64,000 bases of DNA, taken from a bacterium (GTDB taxonomy: Bacteria > Patescibacteriota > Minisyncoccia > Sungbacterales > HO2-52-23). Position numbers and translations under genes: made by a program. Shown here piece after piece: positions 9,478 to 18,404 of the stretch. How positions within the stretch are numbered: position 1 is the first letter of the stretch; each line of letters starts with the position of its first letter. The stretch covers positions 2,293 to 66,292 of the forward strand of contig JAUYPW010000013.1 of assembly GCA_030697525.1 (NCBI GenBank). The letters run 5' to 3'. Below the pieces are notes generated by a model. That model was not told the origin of the DNA. It saw only the letters and a list, made by a program, of their open reading frames with translations, and ran no database searches.

Positions 9478-10875
9478 ATGTCATATTATCGATTCTTGTT
9501 GCTGTTACCATTCCTCCTGCTTCCGGCAGGAGGAATTTTTGCGTCTGGCAACATACAGTTCAGTGAGGTTGTGTGGATGGGTATGTTGCCACGCGAGGGC
9601 GAATCAAGCCAGGCCGCGTCTAATAATGAATGGATAGAATTATATAATCCCACAGATCAGGAAATAAACTTGACCGGCTGGAAAATAACTTCGTCCGATG
9701 GATCACCAAATATCATTTTATCTGGCAGTATAAAGTCTCAAAGCTATTTTTTACTTGAAAGGGGAAATGACGATGTTTTGCCAAATTTCAAAGCTGATCA
9801 GATATACTCTTTTACAAACAATGCTCTTTCTAATTCTGGCGAGCACCTTTTCTTAAAAGATGCCGCTAGTAGCACGGTAGATGAAATAAATGCTTCATCC
9901 GGATGGCTGGCGGGTGATAACACCACTAAAGAGACTATGCAGAAATCCGGCAGTAATTGGGTGACGGCTCTAGCTACTCCAAAGTCGGGATGGGTTAACG
10001 CGATAACCAATTCTGAAAACAGCAGCACATCTCAAACCGCATCTACGCAATCTACTATCTCCCAGTCGTCTACTATCTACCCATCTATAAAAGCCTCCGC
10101 CGGAGAAGATAAAATAACAATTGCCGGATCGGAAGTTGATTTTGTTGGGCAGGCATGGAACTCAAACAAAGAACCCCTGGAAGATACCAGATTTTGGTGG
10201 AATTTTGGAGACGGAGAATCAAAAGAGGGGAAATCCATATCTCATATTTTCCAAATCCCAGGTAGATATACGGTTGGTTTGCATATCTCCAACGGTTCTT
10301 ATGCGGCTTCCGATTATGCTTATATAGAAGTAATAGCAAACAAGCTTAAGATTATAGACGTTTTACTAGGTGAGAAGGGTTATTTTAAACTGTATAACCC
10401 TTCTGATTTTCTCTTGGATATTGGCGGGTGGTTGGTGGAATCTGGGTCCGGAAAGCAGTTTGTAATTCCTACAAAAACCAAAATAGGACCAATGGCCGAA
10501 ATCGCTTTGGCCAATTCTCTTACCAAGATTTTTCTGGAAGAAAAAACGTTGGAAGCCAAAATGCGTTACCCCAATGGGCTTCTTGCTCTTGAATGGAAAA
10601 CAAATAATACGCCAGTTCAACATCCAGCCGGTACTATTATTCAAACTCCGGCGATCTATAATCAAACACCCAAAATTTCTAAAATTATCAGAGACGAATC
10701 TCTTCCCGAAGCTTATTTAACCCGAGTTGTATCAACTACTTCTGAAATTGCAGAGATAAATAAAACTACACCAGGAAAACTAAAGATATCTCCGTTTTGG
10801 TTGGCCGGAATTTTAAGTTTAATAACAGCTGTCGGATATATATTAGTAAGCAAATGGAAAAACCAAAAGTTATAA
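9478..10875 (+). CDS. surface protein with two lamin-tail (LTD) domains flanking a PKD-like domain; C-terminal TM anchor
   Basis: LTD signatures are SEVVWMG...NEWIELYNPTDQEINLTGWKITSSDG...YFLLERG and KGYFKLYNPSDFLLDIGGWLVESG. The PKD-like segment is FWWNFGDGESKEGKSISHIFQIPGRYTVGLHISNG. The C-terminal TM is ISPFWLAGILSLITAVGYILV. Confidence 0.7.
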   Translation: MSYYRFLLLLPFLLLPAGGIFASGNIQFSEVVWMGMLPREGESSQAASNNEWIELYNPTDQEINLTGWKITSSDGSPNIILSGSIKSQSYFLLERGNDDVLPNFKADQIYSFTNNALSNSGEHLFLKDAASSTVDEINASSGWLAGDNTTKETMQKSGSNWVTALATPKSGWVNAITNSENSSTSQTASTQSTISQSSTIYPSIKASAGEDKITIAGSEVDFVGQAWNSNKEPLEDTRFWWNFGDGESKEGKSISHIFQIPGRYTVGLHISNGSYAASDYAYIEVIANKLKIIDVLLGEKGYFKLYNPSDFLLDIGGWLVESGSGKQFVIPTKTKIGPMAEIALANSLTKIFLEEKTLEAKMRYPNGLLALEWKTNNTPVQHPAGTIIQTPAIYNQTPKISKIIRDESLPEAYLTRVVSTTSEIAEINKTTPGKLKISPFWLAGILSLITAVGYILVSKWKNQKL

Positions 10876-13100
10876 TATTTACCACGGCTTATTTTCCGTT
10901 TATTGGCGGAGCGGAAATAGCAATACAGGAGATTACAAAGCGGCTGAAGGACCGCTTTGATTTTTATATTATTACATCCCGCTTACGCCGTGATTTACCC
11001 CCAAAAGAAGTCAGACCAGAAGGTACTATCGTCAGAATTGGTTTTGGAACCAGATTTGATAAATGGTTACTTCCTTTTGCCCCTCTTTATTATAAAAATT
11101 CAGCCTCGATTATGTTGGGCGTGGATATATCTCAGGGGTCTCTGGCCGCCGCTTTTTATAAGTTGTTACATCCTAAATGTAAGTTTGTTTTTAATATTCA
11201 ATACGGATATGGAGAAGAAAGGCTAAGGAAAGGAAGGTTGGGCATGTTGGCTTTGGCTTTTCGTATTATTTTGAGGCAAGCAGACTGTGTCACTGCTATA
11301 TCCAAGCACCTGTCAGATGTTGCAAGAGAGTATAATTATAAAAGATCAATGGAAGTCATACCGAATGGGGTGGATTTTAACAGATTCCAAAACCCAAATT
11401 ACAAATTACAAATAAATTCCAATCCGCCAACTGGCGGACCGAATCCCAAAATAATTATAACCACCTCACGATTAGTACAAAAAAATGGAATTGATATCTT
11501 AATTAAAGCCATCGCTGAAATAAAAAAAGAAATTTCTGATGTCCAATGCTGGATTATTGGAGATGGGCCAGAGCGCAAGGCGCTCGAGCTACAAGCTACA
11601 AGCTACAAGCTACAAGCTAATATAAAATTCTTCGGAGAAATCCCGCATGAAAAGATCCCCGAACATCTTCACCAAGCCGATATATTTGTTCGTCCATCAA
11701 GGTCAGAGGGTATGGGTAATTCTTTTGTAGAGGCCCTATCCGCGGGACTTCCGATCATAGGCACTCCAGTAGGAGGTATCACGGATATTATTAAGGACAC
11801 GAAAACAGGTCTTTTTGCCCGCGCGGGCGACTCCAGTGATCTGGCTCAAAAAATAAAACTATTGTTGGCCAATGAAGAACTTAGGCAGACTATTGTTAAA
11901 AATGGGTATCAACTGATCAAAGAACATTTTGCTTGGGAGAAAATTTCTGGAGGATATGGAATAATTTTTGATGAACTGCAAACAAAAGAAAAACTGTGCT
12001 TGGTCATAGCTACTGGTTTGTTTCCTCCGGACATTGGCGGTCCGGCTACCTACAGCAAAACGCTTTCCGAAGAACTTCCCAAACGCGGATTTGATGTGAA
12101 GGTGGTTAGTTTTGGCTTGGTGCGACATCTCCCTAAATTCATCAGGCATTTGGCCTATTTTTTAAAAATCTGCAGAGCGGCATGGAAAAGTGATATAATT
12201 TTTGCCCAAGATCCTGTAAGTGTGGGTCTGCCGGCCATGCTAGCTGCTAAAATTTTGCGAAAGAAATTTATATTAAAAATAGTGGGGGATTATGCGTGGG
12301 AACAACATCAGACAACAAATACAAAAGTTATGTCTTTGGAGGAATTTCAAGAAAAGAAACTTGATTTTATCACTGAACTTCGGCGTTGGATAGAATTTTT
12401 AGTAGCCCGTCAGGCCAAGATTATTATAACTCCGAGCAATTATCTGAAAAAAATTGTATCTGGATGGGGTATTAAAGAAAACATCATAAAAGTTATTTAT
12501 AATTCATTTGATATTCCTCAAGTGGTTGAATCCAGAGAGGAGGCGAGAAAGAAATTAAATTTATCCGGTTTTGTAATAATTTCTGCCGGAAGATTGGTAC
12601 CCTGGAAAGGATTTGAAACAGTTATGGACGTTATACCGGAGGTACTCAGAGAAATACCGCAATTAAAACTCATTATTGTAGGATCCGGGCCAGACGAGAA
12701 AAAGTTAGAAGAAAGGATAAAAGAGCTAAAGCTAGAAAAGATAATTACCATGGTCGGCAGGATTAGTCACGATCAACTACTTACCTATCTTAGGGGAGGT
12801 GATGTATTTCTACTAAATACGGCCTATGAAGGTTTTTCGCACACTATACTGGAAGCTATGGCTGTAGAAATACCGGTAATTACTACGCGAGTCGGGGGTA
12901 ATCCAGAAGTTATTACTGACGGGTTATCTGGCTTGCTAATAGAGTATAATGAAAAAGAGGGAATGAGGACTGCCATATTGAGAATATACAATAATCCCGA
13001 ACTGCGTCTCCGTGTAAGCCAACATGCCTTACTTAAGGCAAGGGAATTTAATCAAGATAGAATGTTGAGCCAAGTAGCATCTGTTTTACAGCAGCTATGA
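10854..13100 (+). CDS. bifunctional glycosyltransferase, two tandem GT4 (GT-B) modules in one polypeptide
   Basis: I chose the ATG at 10854 (MEKPKVIIFTTAYFPFIGGAE) over the upstream in-frame ATG at 10797, which overlaps the previous gene by 79 nt. Module 1 has the EX7E region SRSEGMGNSFVEALSAGLPIIGTPVGG. Module 2 starts ~aa 400 (KLCLVIATGLFPPDIGGPATY) and has its own EX7E region YEGFSHTILEAMAVEIPVITTRVGG. Confidence 0.8.
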   Translation: MEKPKVIIFTTAYFPFIGGAEIAIQEITKRLKDRFDFYIITSRLRRDLPPKEVRPEGTIVRIGFGTRFDKWLLPFAPLYYKNSASIMLGVDISQGSLAAAFYKLLHPKCKFVFNIQYGYGEERLRKGRLGMLALAFRIILRQADCVTAISKHLSDVAREYNYKRSMEVIPNGVDFNRFQNPNYKLQINSNPPTGGPNPKIIITTSRLVQKNGIDILIKAIAEIKKEISDVQCWIIGDGPERKALELQATSYKLQANIKFFGEIPHEKIPEHLHQADIFVRPSRSEGMGNSFVEALSAGLPIIGTPVGGITDIIKDTKTGLFARAGDSSDLAQKIKLLLANEELRQTIVKNGYQLIKEHFAWEKISGGYGIIFDELQTKEKLCLVIATGLFPPDIGGPATYSKTLSEELPKRGFDVKVVSFGLVRHLPKFIRHLAYFLKICRAAWKSDIIFAQDPVSVGLPAMLAAKILRKKFILKIVGDYAWEQHQTTNTKVMSLEEFQEKKLDFITELRRWIEFLVARQAKIIITPSNYLKKIVSGWGIKENIIKVIYNSFDIPQVVESREEARKKLNLSGFVIISAGRLVPWKGFETVMDVIPEVLREIPQLKLIIVGSGPDEKKLEERIKELKLEKIITMVGRISHDQLLTYLRGGDVFLLNTAYEGFSHTILEAMAVEIPVITTRVGGNPEVITDGLSGLLIEYNEKEGMRTAILRIYNNPELRLRVSQHALLKAREFNQDRMLSQVASVLQQL
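11587..11621 (+). repeat. heptanucleotide tandem repeat (AGCTACA)x4 plus a degenerate fifth unit, inside the coding sequence of GT4 module 1
   Basis: The sequence reads cgctcg|agctaca|agctaca|agctaca|agctaca|agctaat. It translates in frame to ELQATSYKLQAN. Confidence 0.85.
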
Positions 13101-14215
13101 GAGTATTAATGATTAGCGAAGATTCGAATATTGCTTTCCAGGATTCTGAAGCGAGGGTGAGAATGAACGAGTATGCAGGGCTCTTTGAGGAGCTTCATAT
13201 TGTCGTGCCTTTTTCCAAGAAAATAAATGACGAGCAGATGGGCAATCTTTTTATTTATTATGCTCAGTCTTCGCATAAAATCTGGCAAAAACTAAAATTA
13301 TTTTTTAAGAGCAAAGATATCGCTAAAAAAATAAAGCCCGATGTTTTAACCGTGCAGAATCCAGCCGAACTAGGGGTCATGGGTTTACTACTCGCCAGAG
13401 TCTACAATATTCCTCTAGTGGTGCAGGTTCACACAGATGTATTCAGTCCTTGGTATCGCCACTCCTTCTTCACAGACCGTATTAGATATTGGTTAGCGCT
13501 TTTGATTATACCGCGCGCTAGTCGGACACGAGTTGTTTCGGATAGAATCAAAAAATCTATCGTTACTCGTGGACTTCTGCCTGCCGAGAAAATCACGGTT
13601 TTACCAATTTATACTGATATCTCCAAGTTTCTCAACACTATCAGTGATATACAAACAGAAGAACTATTTGGGCAACATTCTTTAAAAATGATTGCTGTTG
13701 GCCGTTTTGTGGACAAAGAAAAAAATTTCAGCATGCTGATTGAGGTAATGAAGGAATTGATAAAAACAAATCCGGAGGCAGTTTTAGTTATAGTAGGAGA
13801 TGGGCTGGATAAAGATAGTTACAAGCGACAAGTGACAAGATACAAGTTGGAGAAGAATGTAATTTTAGAACCATGGAGAAATGACCTGCCAAGTTTCTTA
13901 AAATCTTTTGATCTTTTTGTAATGCCTTCCAATTACGAAGGGTGGGGAAGGGTAGTAATAGAAGCTATGGCTTCTGGTCTGCCTATATTAATGACTGACG
14001 TGGGGGTTGCCGGAGAAATTGTGGGCCACGATCGAGAAGGTATAGTGGTTCCCGTCCAAGACAAAAAGGCCCTGTTAAGAGCGATAAAGGACTTGTATAA
14101 TAATAGAGGCAAACTGGAAAGAATGGGTGAGGCAGCTAAAAATAAAGTTATAGGACTAAACCCAAAGACCAAAAAGGAGTATTTAGAATTGTACAAAAAA
14201 AGTTTAGATATATGA
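13097..14215 (+). CDS. GT4 family glycosyltransferase
   Basis: The ATGA overlaps the upstream stop. The GT4 C-terminal motif is PSNYEGWGRVVIEAMASGLPILMTDVGVAGEIV. Confidence 0.8.
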   Translation: MRVLMISEDSNIAFQDSEARVRMNEYAGLFEELHIVVPFSKKINDEQMGNLFIYYAQSSHKIWQKLKLFFKSKDIAKKIKPDVLTVQNPAELGVMGLLLARVYNIPLVVQVHTDVFSPWYRHSFFTDRIRYWLALLIIPRASRTRVVSDRIKKSIVTRGLLPAEKITVLPIYTDISKFLNTISDIQTEELFGQHSLKMIAVGRFVDKEKNFSMLIEVMKELIKTNPEAVLVIVGDGLDKDSYKRQVTRYKLEKNVILEPWRNDLPSFLKSFDLFVMPSNYEGWGRVVIEAMASGLPILMTDVGVAGEIVGHDREGIVVPVQDKKALLRAIKDLYNNRGKLERMGEAAKNKVIGLNPKTKKEYLELYKKSLDI

Positions 14216-15294
14216 AATTGTTAATAGTAACTCAAAAGATAGACCACGCCGATGAAAATCTAGGCTTTTTTTGCAAATGGCTAGAGGAATTAAAAAATAA
14301 TTTTAGCGAGGTACGAGTCATAACTTCCTATTTAAATGAGAAAAATAAGCCTGATGGAATAAAAATTTTCTCTTTAGGCAAAGAGAGAGGTACGGGAAAG
14401 ACGAAGAGGGTTTGGAACTTCTGGAGTCTTTTTTCAGAGCACTATATTGATGCCGACGCTGTTTTTTTTCATATGGCGCCGGAGTTTGTAGTCGCTGCTT
14501 GGCCTTTTCTGTGGTCATTGAAAAAACCAACAGCTTTATGGTACACCCACAGAGTTGTTAATCCATACTTAAAAGTTGCTGAAAAAATAGTAGATAACAT
14601 TTTTACCGCCTCCGAATTAAGTTTTAGGCTGCCATCGCAAAAGGTATTGGTGATAGGACATGCCATTGATACAAACTATTTCAGACCAGTATTAGAAGAG
14701 TCTGCAAAACCAAAAGGAAATAAGACTATTAAATTACTTACTCTCGGCAGAATTTCGCCCATCAAAGACATAGAGACGATTTTATGGGCTAGCGAAATAT
14801 TAAAAAACCGCTGGAAAAGACCCTGGAAACTTTCCATCGTTGGCGGACCTCTATTACCCAGAGATCATAAATATCTACAAACCCTGAAAGATTTTGTAAA
14901 AGAGAAAGGTCTGGAGAATAAGGTTGATTTTATAGGTCCGGTTGACCATACAAAAGTGGCTGAAATTTATAACAACCATGATGTTTTTATCTCTATGTCC
15001 GGTACCGGCTCGATAGATAAATCTGTGTTGGAAGCCATGGCTTCTGGTCTTACGGTCATTACTTCCAACGAAGCTTTCAAAGACGCTCTTCCACCCCAAT
15101 ATTTTTTGGCAGAGAAGTCCGCGGACATACTTGCCGAACGCATAGAAATTCTAGCTGGGGAAACTTGTCCCAATTTGTCTCTTCGTCAAAGAGTGGTTGA
15201 TAAACATAGTCTTAAGACAACTATCGGTAAAATAAGCCAAAATCTTTTAAAAAATACTCATGACCTCGCACATCTACAAACTTCTAAGAGATAA
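14212..15294 (+). CDS. GT4 family glycosyltransferase
   Basis: ATGA start/stop overlap. The N-terminus is typical of GT4 (MKLLIVTQKIDHADENLGFF). The C-terminal motif is SMSGTGSIDKSVLEAMASGLTVITS. Confidence 0.8.
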   Translation: MKLLIVTQKIDHADENLGFFCKWLEELKNNFSEVRVITSYLNEKNKPDGIKIFSLGKERGTGKTKRVWNFWSLFSEHYIDADAVFFHMAPEFVVAAWPFLWSLKKPTALWYTHRVVNPYLKVAEKIVDNIFTASELSFRLPSQKVLVIGHAIDTNYFRPVLEESAKPKGNKTIKLLTLGRISPIKDIETILWASEILKNRWKRPWKLSIVGGPLLPRDHKYLQTLKDFVKEKGLENKVDFIGPVDHTKVAEIYNNHDVFISMSGTGSIDKSVLEAMASGLTVITSNEAFKDALPPQYFLAEKSADILAERIEILAGETCPNLSLRQRVVDKHSLKTTIGKISQNLLKNTHDLAHLQTSKR

Positions 15295-15730
15295 GACTGA
15301 AGGTTTTTTATTAGTAAACATTCCTTTTCTTCATAGACGTCTTCATCGTCACCGGCTAGGTTTAAAATATATTATAGCCGGCTCAACCGCGGCTGGGGTA
15401 GACCTGATCCTTCTTTTTCTTTTAACAGATATGGTGGGTATGTGGTATTTTTATTCAGCAATTATAGCCTATATATGCTCTTTTTTCACCAGCTTTTTTC
15501 TGCAAAAGTTCTGGACTTTTAGAGACAATGACCGGAGTAGAATAAAAAAGCAATTGGCTATATACATAGCTACTGCCGGAGTGAGCCTGACATTAAATTC
15601 ATTTTTTATGTTTGTTTTTGTGAGCTTCTTTCAAATCTGGTATCTGACGGCCCAGTTTATAACCTCTGCTCTGCTAGCTTTTGGCAGTTTTATACTCAAC
15701 AAAACAGTTACATTTAAAAAATTATCATAA
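15260..15730 (+). CDS. GtrA-like small polytopic membrane protein (putative polyprenyl-phosphate-sugar flippase)
   Basis: The GtrA signature is LKYIIAGSTAAGVDLILLFLLTDMVGMWYFYSAIIAYICSFFTSFFLQKFWTFRD, with four predicted TM segments. The only in-frame ATG (15260) overlaps the upstream GT by 35 nt, so the true start may be a non-ATG codon further downstream. Confidence 0.55.
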   Translation: MTSHIYKLLRDKTEGFLLVNIPFLHRRLHRHRLGLKYIIAGSTAAGVDLILLFLLTDMVGMWYFYSAIIAYICSFFTSFFLQKFWTFRDNDRSRIKKQLAIYIATAGVSLTLNSFFMFVFVSFFQIWYLTAQFITSALLAFGSFILNKTVTFKKLS

Positions 15731-17577
15731 TGTGTGGTATAAACGGATTCAATTTTTCAGACCAGGAATTAATCGGGCACATGAATAGTTCGGTAGCTCA
15801 TAGGGGTCCGGATAGTTTTGGTATATTTACGGAAGAAGGCATATCCCTAGGACACCGCCGACTTTCTATCTTAGATTTAAGCCCGGAGGCTAACCAGCCG
15901 ATGTATAGCCAAGACAAACGGTTGGTTATTGTTTTCAACGGCGAAATTTATAATTTCCGAGAGCTGCGAGACGAACTTAGTTTGTCTTACGACTTTAAAA
16001 CCAAAGGCGATACCGAAATTATCTTAGCGGCCTATCAAAAATGGGGAGAGACTTGCGTTAAAAAATTCAACGGTATTTTTGCTTTTGCTATCTGGGATAG
16101 GGATAAAAAAAAATTGTTTTTAACGCGCGATCACTTAGGAGTAAAGCCCCTCTATTATTACCACAATGGAGAAAAACTAATTTTTTCATCAGAAATTAAA
16201 AGTATTCTGGCTCATAATTTTTCAAAGAAGATTGATGAAGGAGCGGTTGGTTTATATTTTTATCTTTTGCATGTACCCGAACCGCTTACGATGGTGCGGA
16301 ATATTTACAAGTTGCCTCCGGCCCACTATGCTATTTTAAAAAATAATAAACTATCCCTACATCGTTATTGGAGTATTGATTCTTTTGATACGATTTCGGA
16401 TAAGAATGAGGCTAGGAGTAAAATCAAAAGCACTCTTAAGAGTGCGGTTAAAAAACAACTTATTTCTGATCGTCCGGTAGGCCTTTATTTAAGCGGAGGT
16501 ATAGACTCCACCGTGCTTCTGGGAATTATGTCTGAACTGACCAGTCATCCCGTACGTACATTCAGTGTTGGTTTTGATGTAAAAGAGCAGGCCGAAAAAT
16601 TCAATGCGGATTTTAATTTAGCCCAAAAGACAAGCCAATATTTTGGAAGTATACATGAAAAGGTTATTTTGTCTCCAAAAGATGTATTGAATAATTTTGA
16701 GAAAATTATCTGGCACGGAGATGATTTGGTGGCAAACCACACTCAACCGGCAATGTATGTGCTATCTGAATTGGCCAAGAAAAAAGTGGCTGTGGTTTTA
16801 GCCGGAGACGGAGGTGACGAACTCTTTGCTGGCTACGATAGATATTACCTGAACAGACAATTGGACCGGATTCAGATGATCCCTAATTTTTTACGTAGCA
16901 GTAATCTTCTCAGGCATTTTTTAGGCACAGACTTGTACAACAAGATTAATACAAAATCTGTTCTTGACCGCTGGCTCTCTTTTATGTCTCAAAAAGAAAA
17001 TGTAGTGAGCCGGTTTCTTAAGCCAGATTTTAATCATAAAAATACTGCTTTCGAATTTCTGAATCATAGACTTGCCGAAAGAAATTTTCCTGCTCTGAAT
17101 AAGGCAAGCTCTACCAAACTTTTCCAGTATTTAGACTTGCAAACTTGGCTTGTGGACGATGCGTTAAATAGGGTAGACCGGATGAGTATGGCGCACGGGA
17201 TTGAGGAGAGGGTTCCTATCTTGGATAAGGACTTGGTGGAGCTTGCTATGTCGGTACCCGCTGAATATAATCTGGATACGAGAATAGGAGGTAAGAAAGT
17301 TTTTAAAGAGGCTCTTAGAGAATATATACCGTCGCATGTGTATGATCAGCCCAAAAGGGGGTGGTTCTCACCTATGTCCAAGTGGTTGAGAGGAGATTTA
17401 AAAGACTGGGCTTATGACATTCTATCTCCTTCGTATAACCCAGACATGGCCGACTGGTTTGATTTCAAAGAAATAAATAATATTTTAGATAAACATATTA
17501 GTGGAGAAAAATATGCGCTAAATACGATTTGGTCTCTAATAAGTTTCCAAGTATGGAAGAAAAAAATGAAAATTTAA
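15730..17577 (+). CDS. asnB: asparagine synthetase B-like glutamine amidotransferase (class II GATase N-terminal Cys plus PP-loop synthetase)
   Basis: It has the N-terminal MCGI nucleophile and the PP-loop motif LSGGIDS. The overall AsnB architecture is about 615 aa. Confidence 0.85.
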   Translation: MCGINGFNFSDQELIGHMNSSVAHRGPDSFGIFTEEGISLGHRRLSILDLSPEANQPMYSQDKRLVIVFNGEIYNFRELRDELSLSYDFKTKGDTEIILAAYQKWGETCVKKFNGIFAFAIWDRDKKKLFLTRDHLGVKPLYYYHNGEKLIFSSEIKSILAHNFSKKIDEGAVGLYFYLLHVPEPLTMVRNIYKLPPAHYAILKNNKLSLHRYWSIDSFDTISDKNEARSKIKSTLKSAVKKQLISDRPVGLYLSGGIDSTVLLGIMSELTSHPVRTFSVGFDVKEQAEKFNADFNLAQKTSQYFGSIHEKVILSPKDVLNNFEKIIWHGDDLVANHTQPAMYVLSELAKKKVAVVLAGDGGDELFAGYDRYYLNRQLDRIQMIPNFLRSSNLLRHFLGTDLYNKINTKSVLDRWLSFMSQKENVVSRFLKPDFNHKNTAFEFLNHRLAERNFPALNKASSTKLFQYLDLQTWLVDDALNRVDRMSMAHGIEERVPILDKDLVELAMSVPAEYNLDTRIGGKKVFKEALREYIPSHVYDQPKRGWFSPMSKWLRGDLKDWAYDILSPSYNPDMADWFDFKEINNILDKHISGEKYALNTIWSLISFQVWKKKMKI

Positions 17578-18404
17578 ATAAGAAGGTTGCTGCTTGGTGG
17601 GATGATAATCCGTTTGTCTACAGCTTTGAGAAAAAAGAAGTTGCTCCGAATGTCGACTTTTTCAGAGAAGTTGATCGAAAGTTTATAAAGTGGACTCCGT
17701 GGGGACAAAGGGATATGCGGCCGCTGTCCGGGATGATTGATTATAATAAATTGCGGGATAAAAAGGTGCTGGATATTGCGGTGGGAACTGGATGGAGTAC
17801 GGAGCAGTTCGCAAGACACGGAGCTACAACCACAGCTATAGATATAAGTCCTAAAGCAATTGATCTTACTAAAAAAAGATTTAAGACTTTTGATTTGCCT
17901 GAACCGGAGGCTTTGGTGGCTGATGCGCAAAATATGCCTTTTGCGGACGGTACTTTTGATTTTGTTCTAGCCTGGGGGTGTCTTATGCATATGCCGGATA
18001 CAGAAAAAGCTATAAGAGAAATACACAGAGTGCTGAAACCAGGAGGCAGAATGGCGGCAATGATGTATAACAAGAATTCTCTTCATTGGTGGTATTACAT
18101 TTGGTTGAGCAAAGGAATTTTGAGAGGGAAACTGTTATCTATGAGTGCCCAACAATTAGCTAATCGCTATACTGACGGAGTTTATCAGGGAGGTAATCAA
18201 CTAACCAAGTTTTATAGCCGAAAAGACATTAAAAAAATGTTCTCAATGTTTAATTCTTGCAAAGTGCGGGTTTATGACACCACGACGCCGATTGATCACC
18301 TGCCACACCGCCGTGTTCCGATGGGGAGTATTTTGCCAATTAGATTTAAAAATTATTTAACTAAAAAACTGGGTCAAAGTTTATGGATAGAAGTTCAGAA
18401 ATAA
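17553..18404 (+). CDS. class I SAM-dependent methyltransferase
   Basis: Motif I is VLDIAVGTGWSTEQFARHG. Post-I is AIDISP. The VLKPGGRMAA motif is present. I chose the start at MEEKNENL (17553); the upstream in-frame ATG at 17529 is an alternative. Confidence 0.7.
   Translation: MEEKNENLNKKVAAWWDDNPFVYSFEKKEVAPNVDFFREVDRKFIKWTPWGQRDMRPLSGMIDYNKLRDKKVLDIAVGTGWSTEQFARHGATTTAIDISPKAIDLTKKRFKTFDLPEPEALVADAQNMPFADGTFDFVLAWGCLMHMPDTEKAIREIHRVLKPGGRMAAMMYNKNSLHWWYYIWLSKGILRGKLLSMSAQQLANRYTDGVYQGGNQLTKFYSRKDIKKMFSMFNSCKVRVYDTTTPIDHLPHRRVPMGSILPIRFKNYLTKKLGQSLWIEVQK

Noticed and set aside
10797-10853. Upstream in-frame extension (MVGRNFKFNNSCRIYISKQ) of the tandem GT4 gene
   Set aside because: It lies entirely within the C-terminal coding region of the preceding LTD-protein gene. 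The ATG at 10854 gives a canonical GT4 N-terminus (MEKPKVIIFTTAYFPFIGG).
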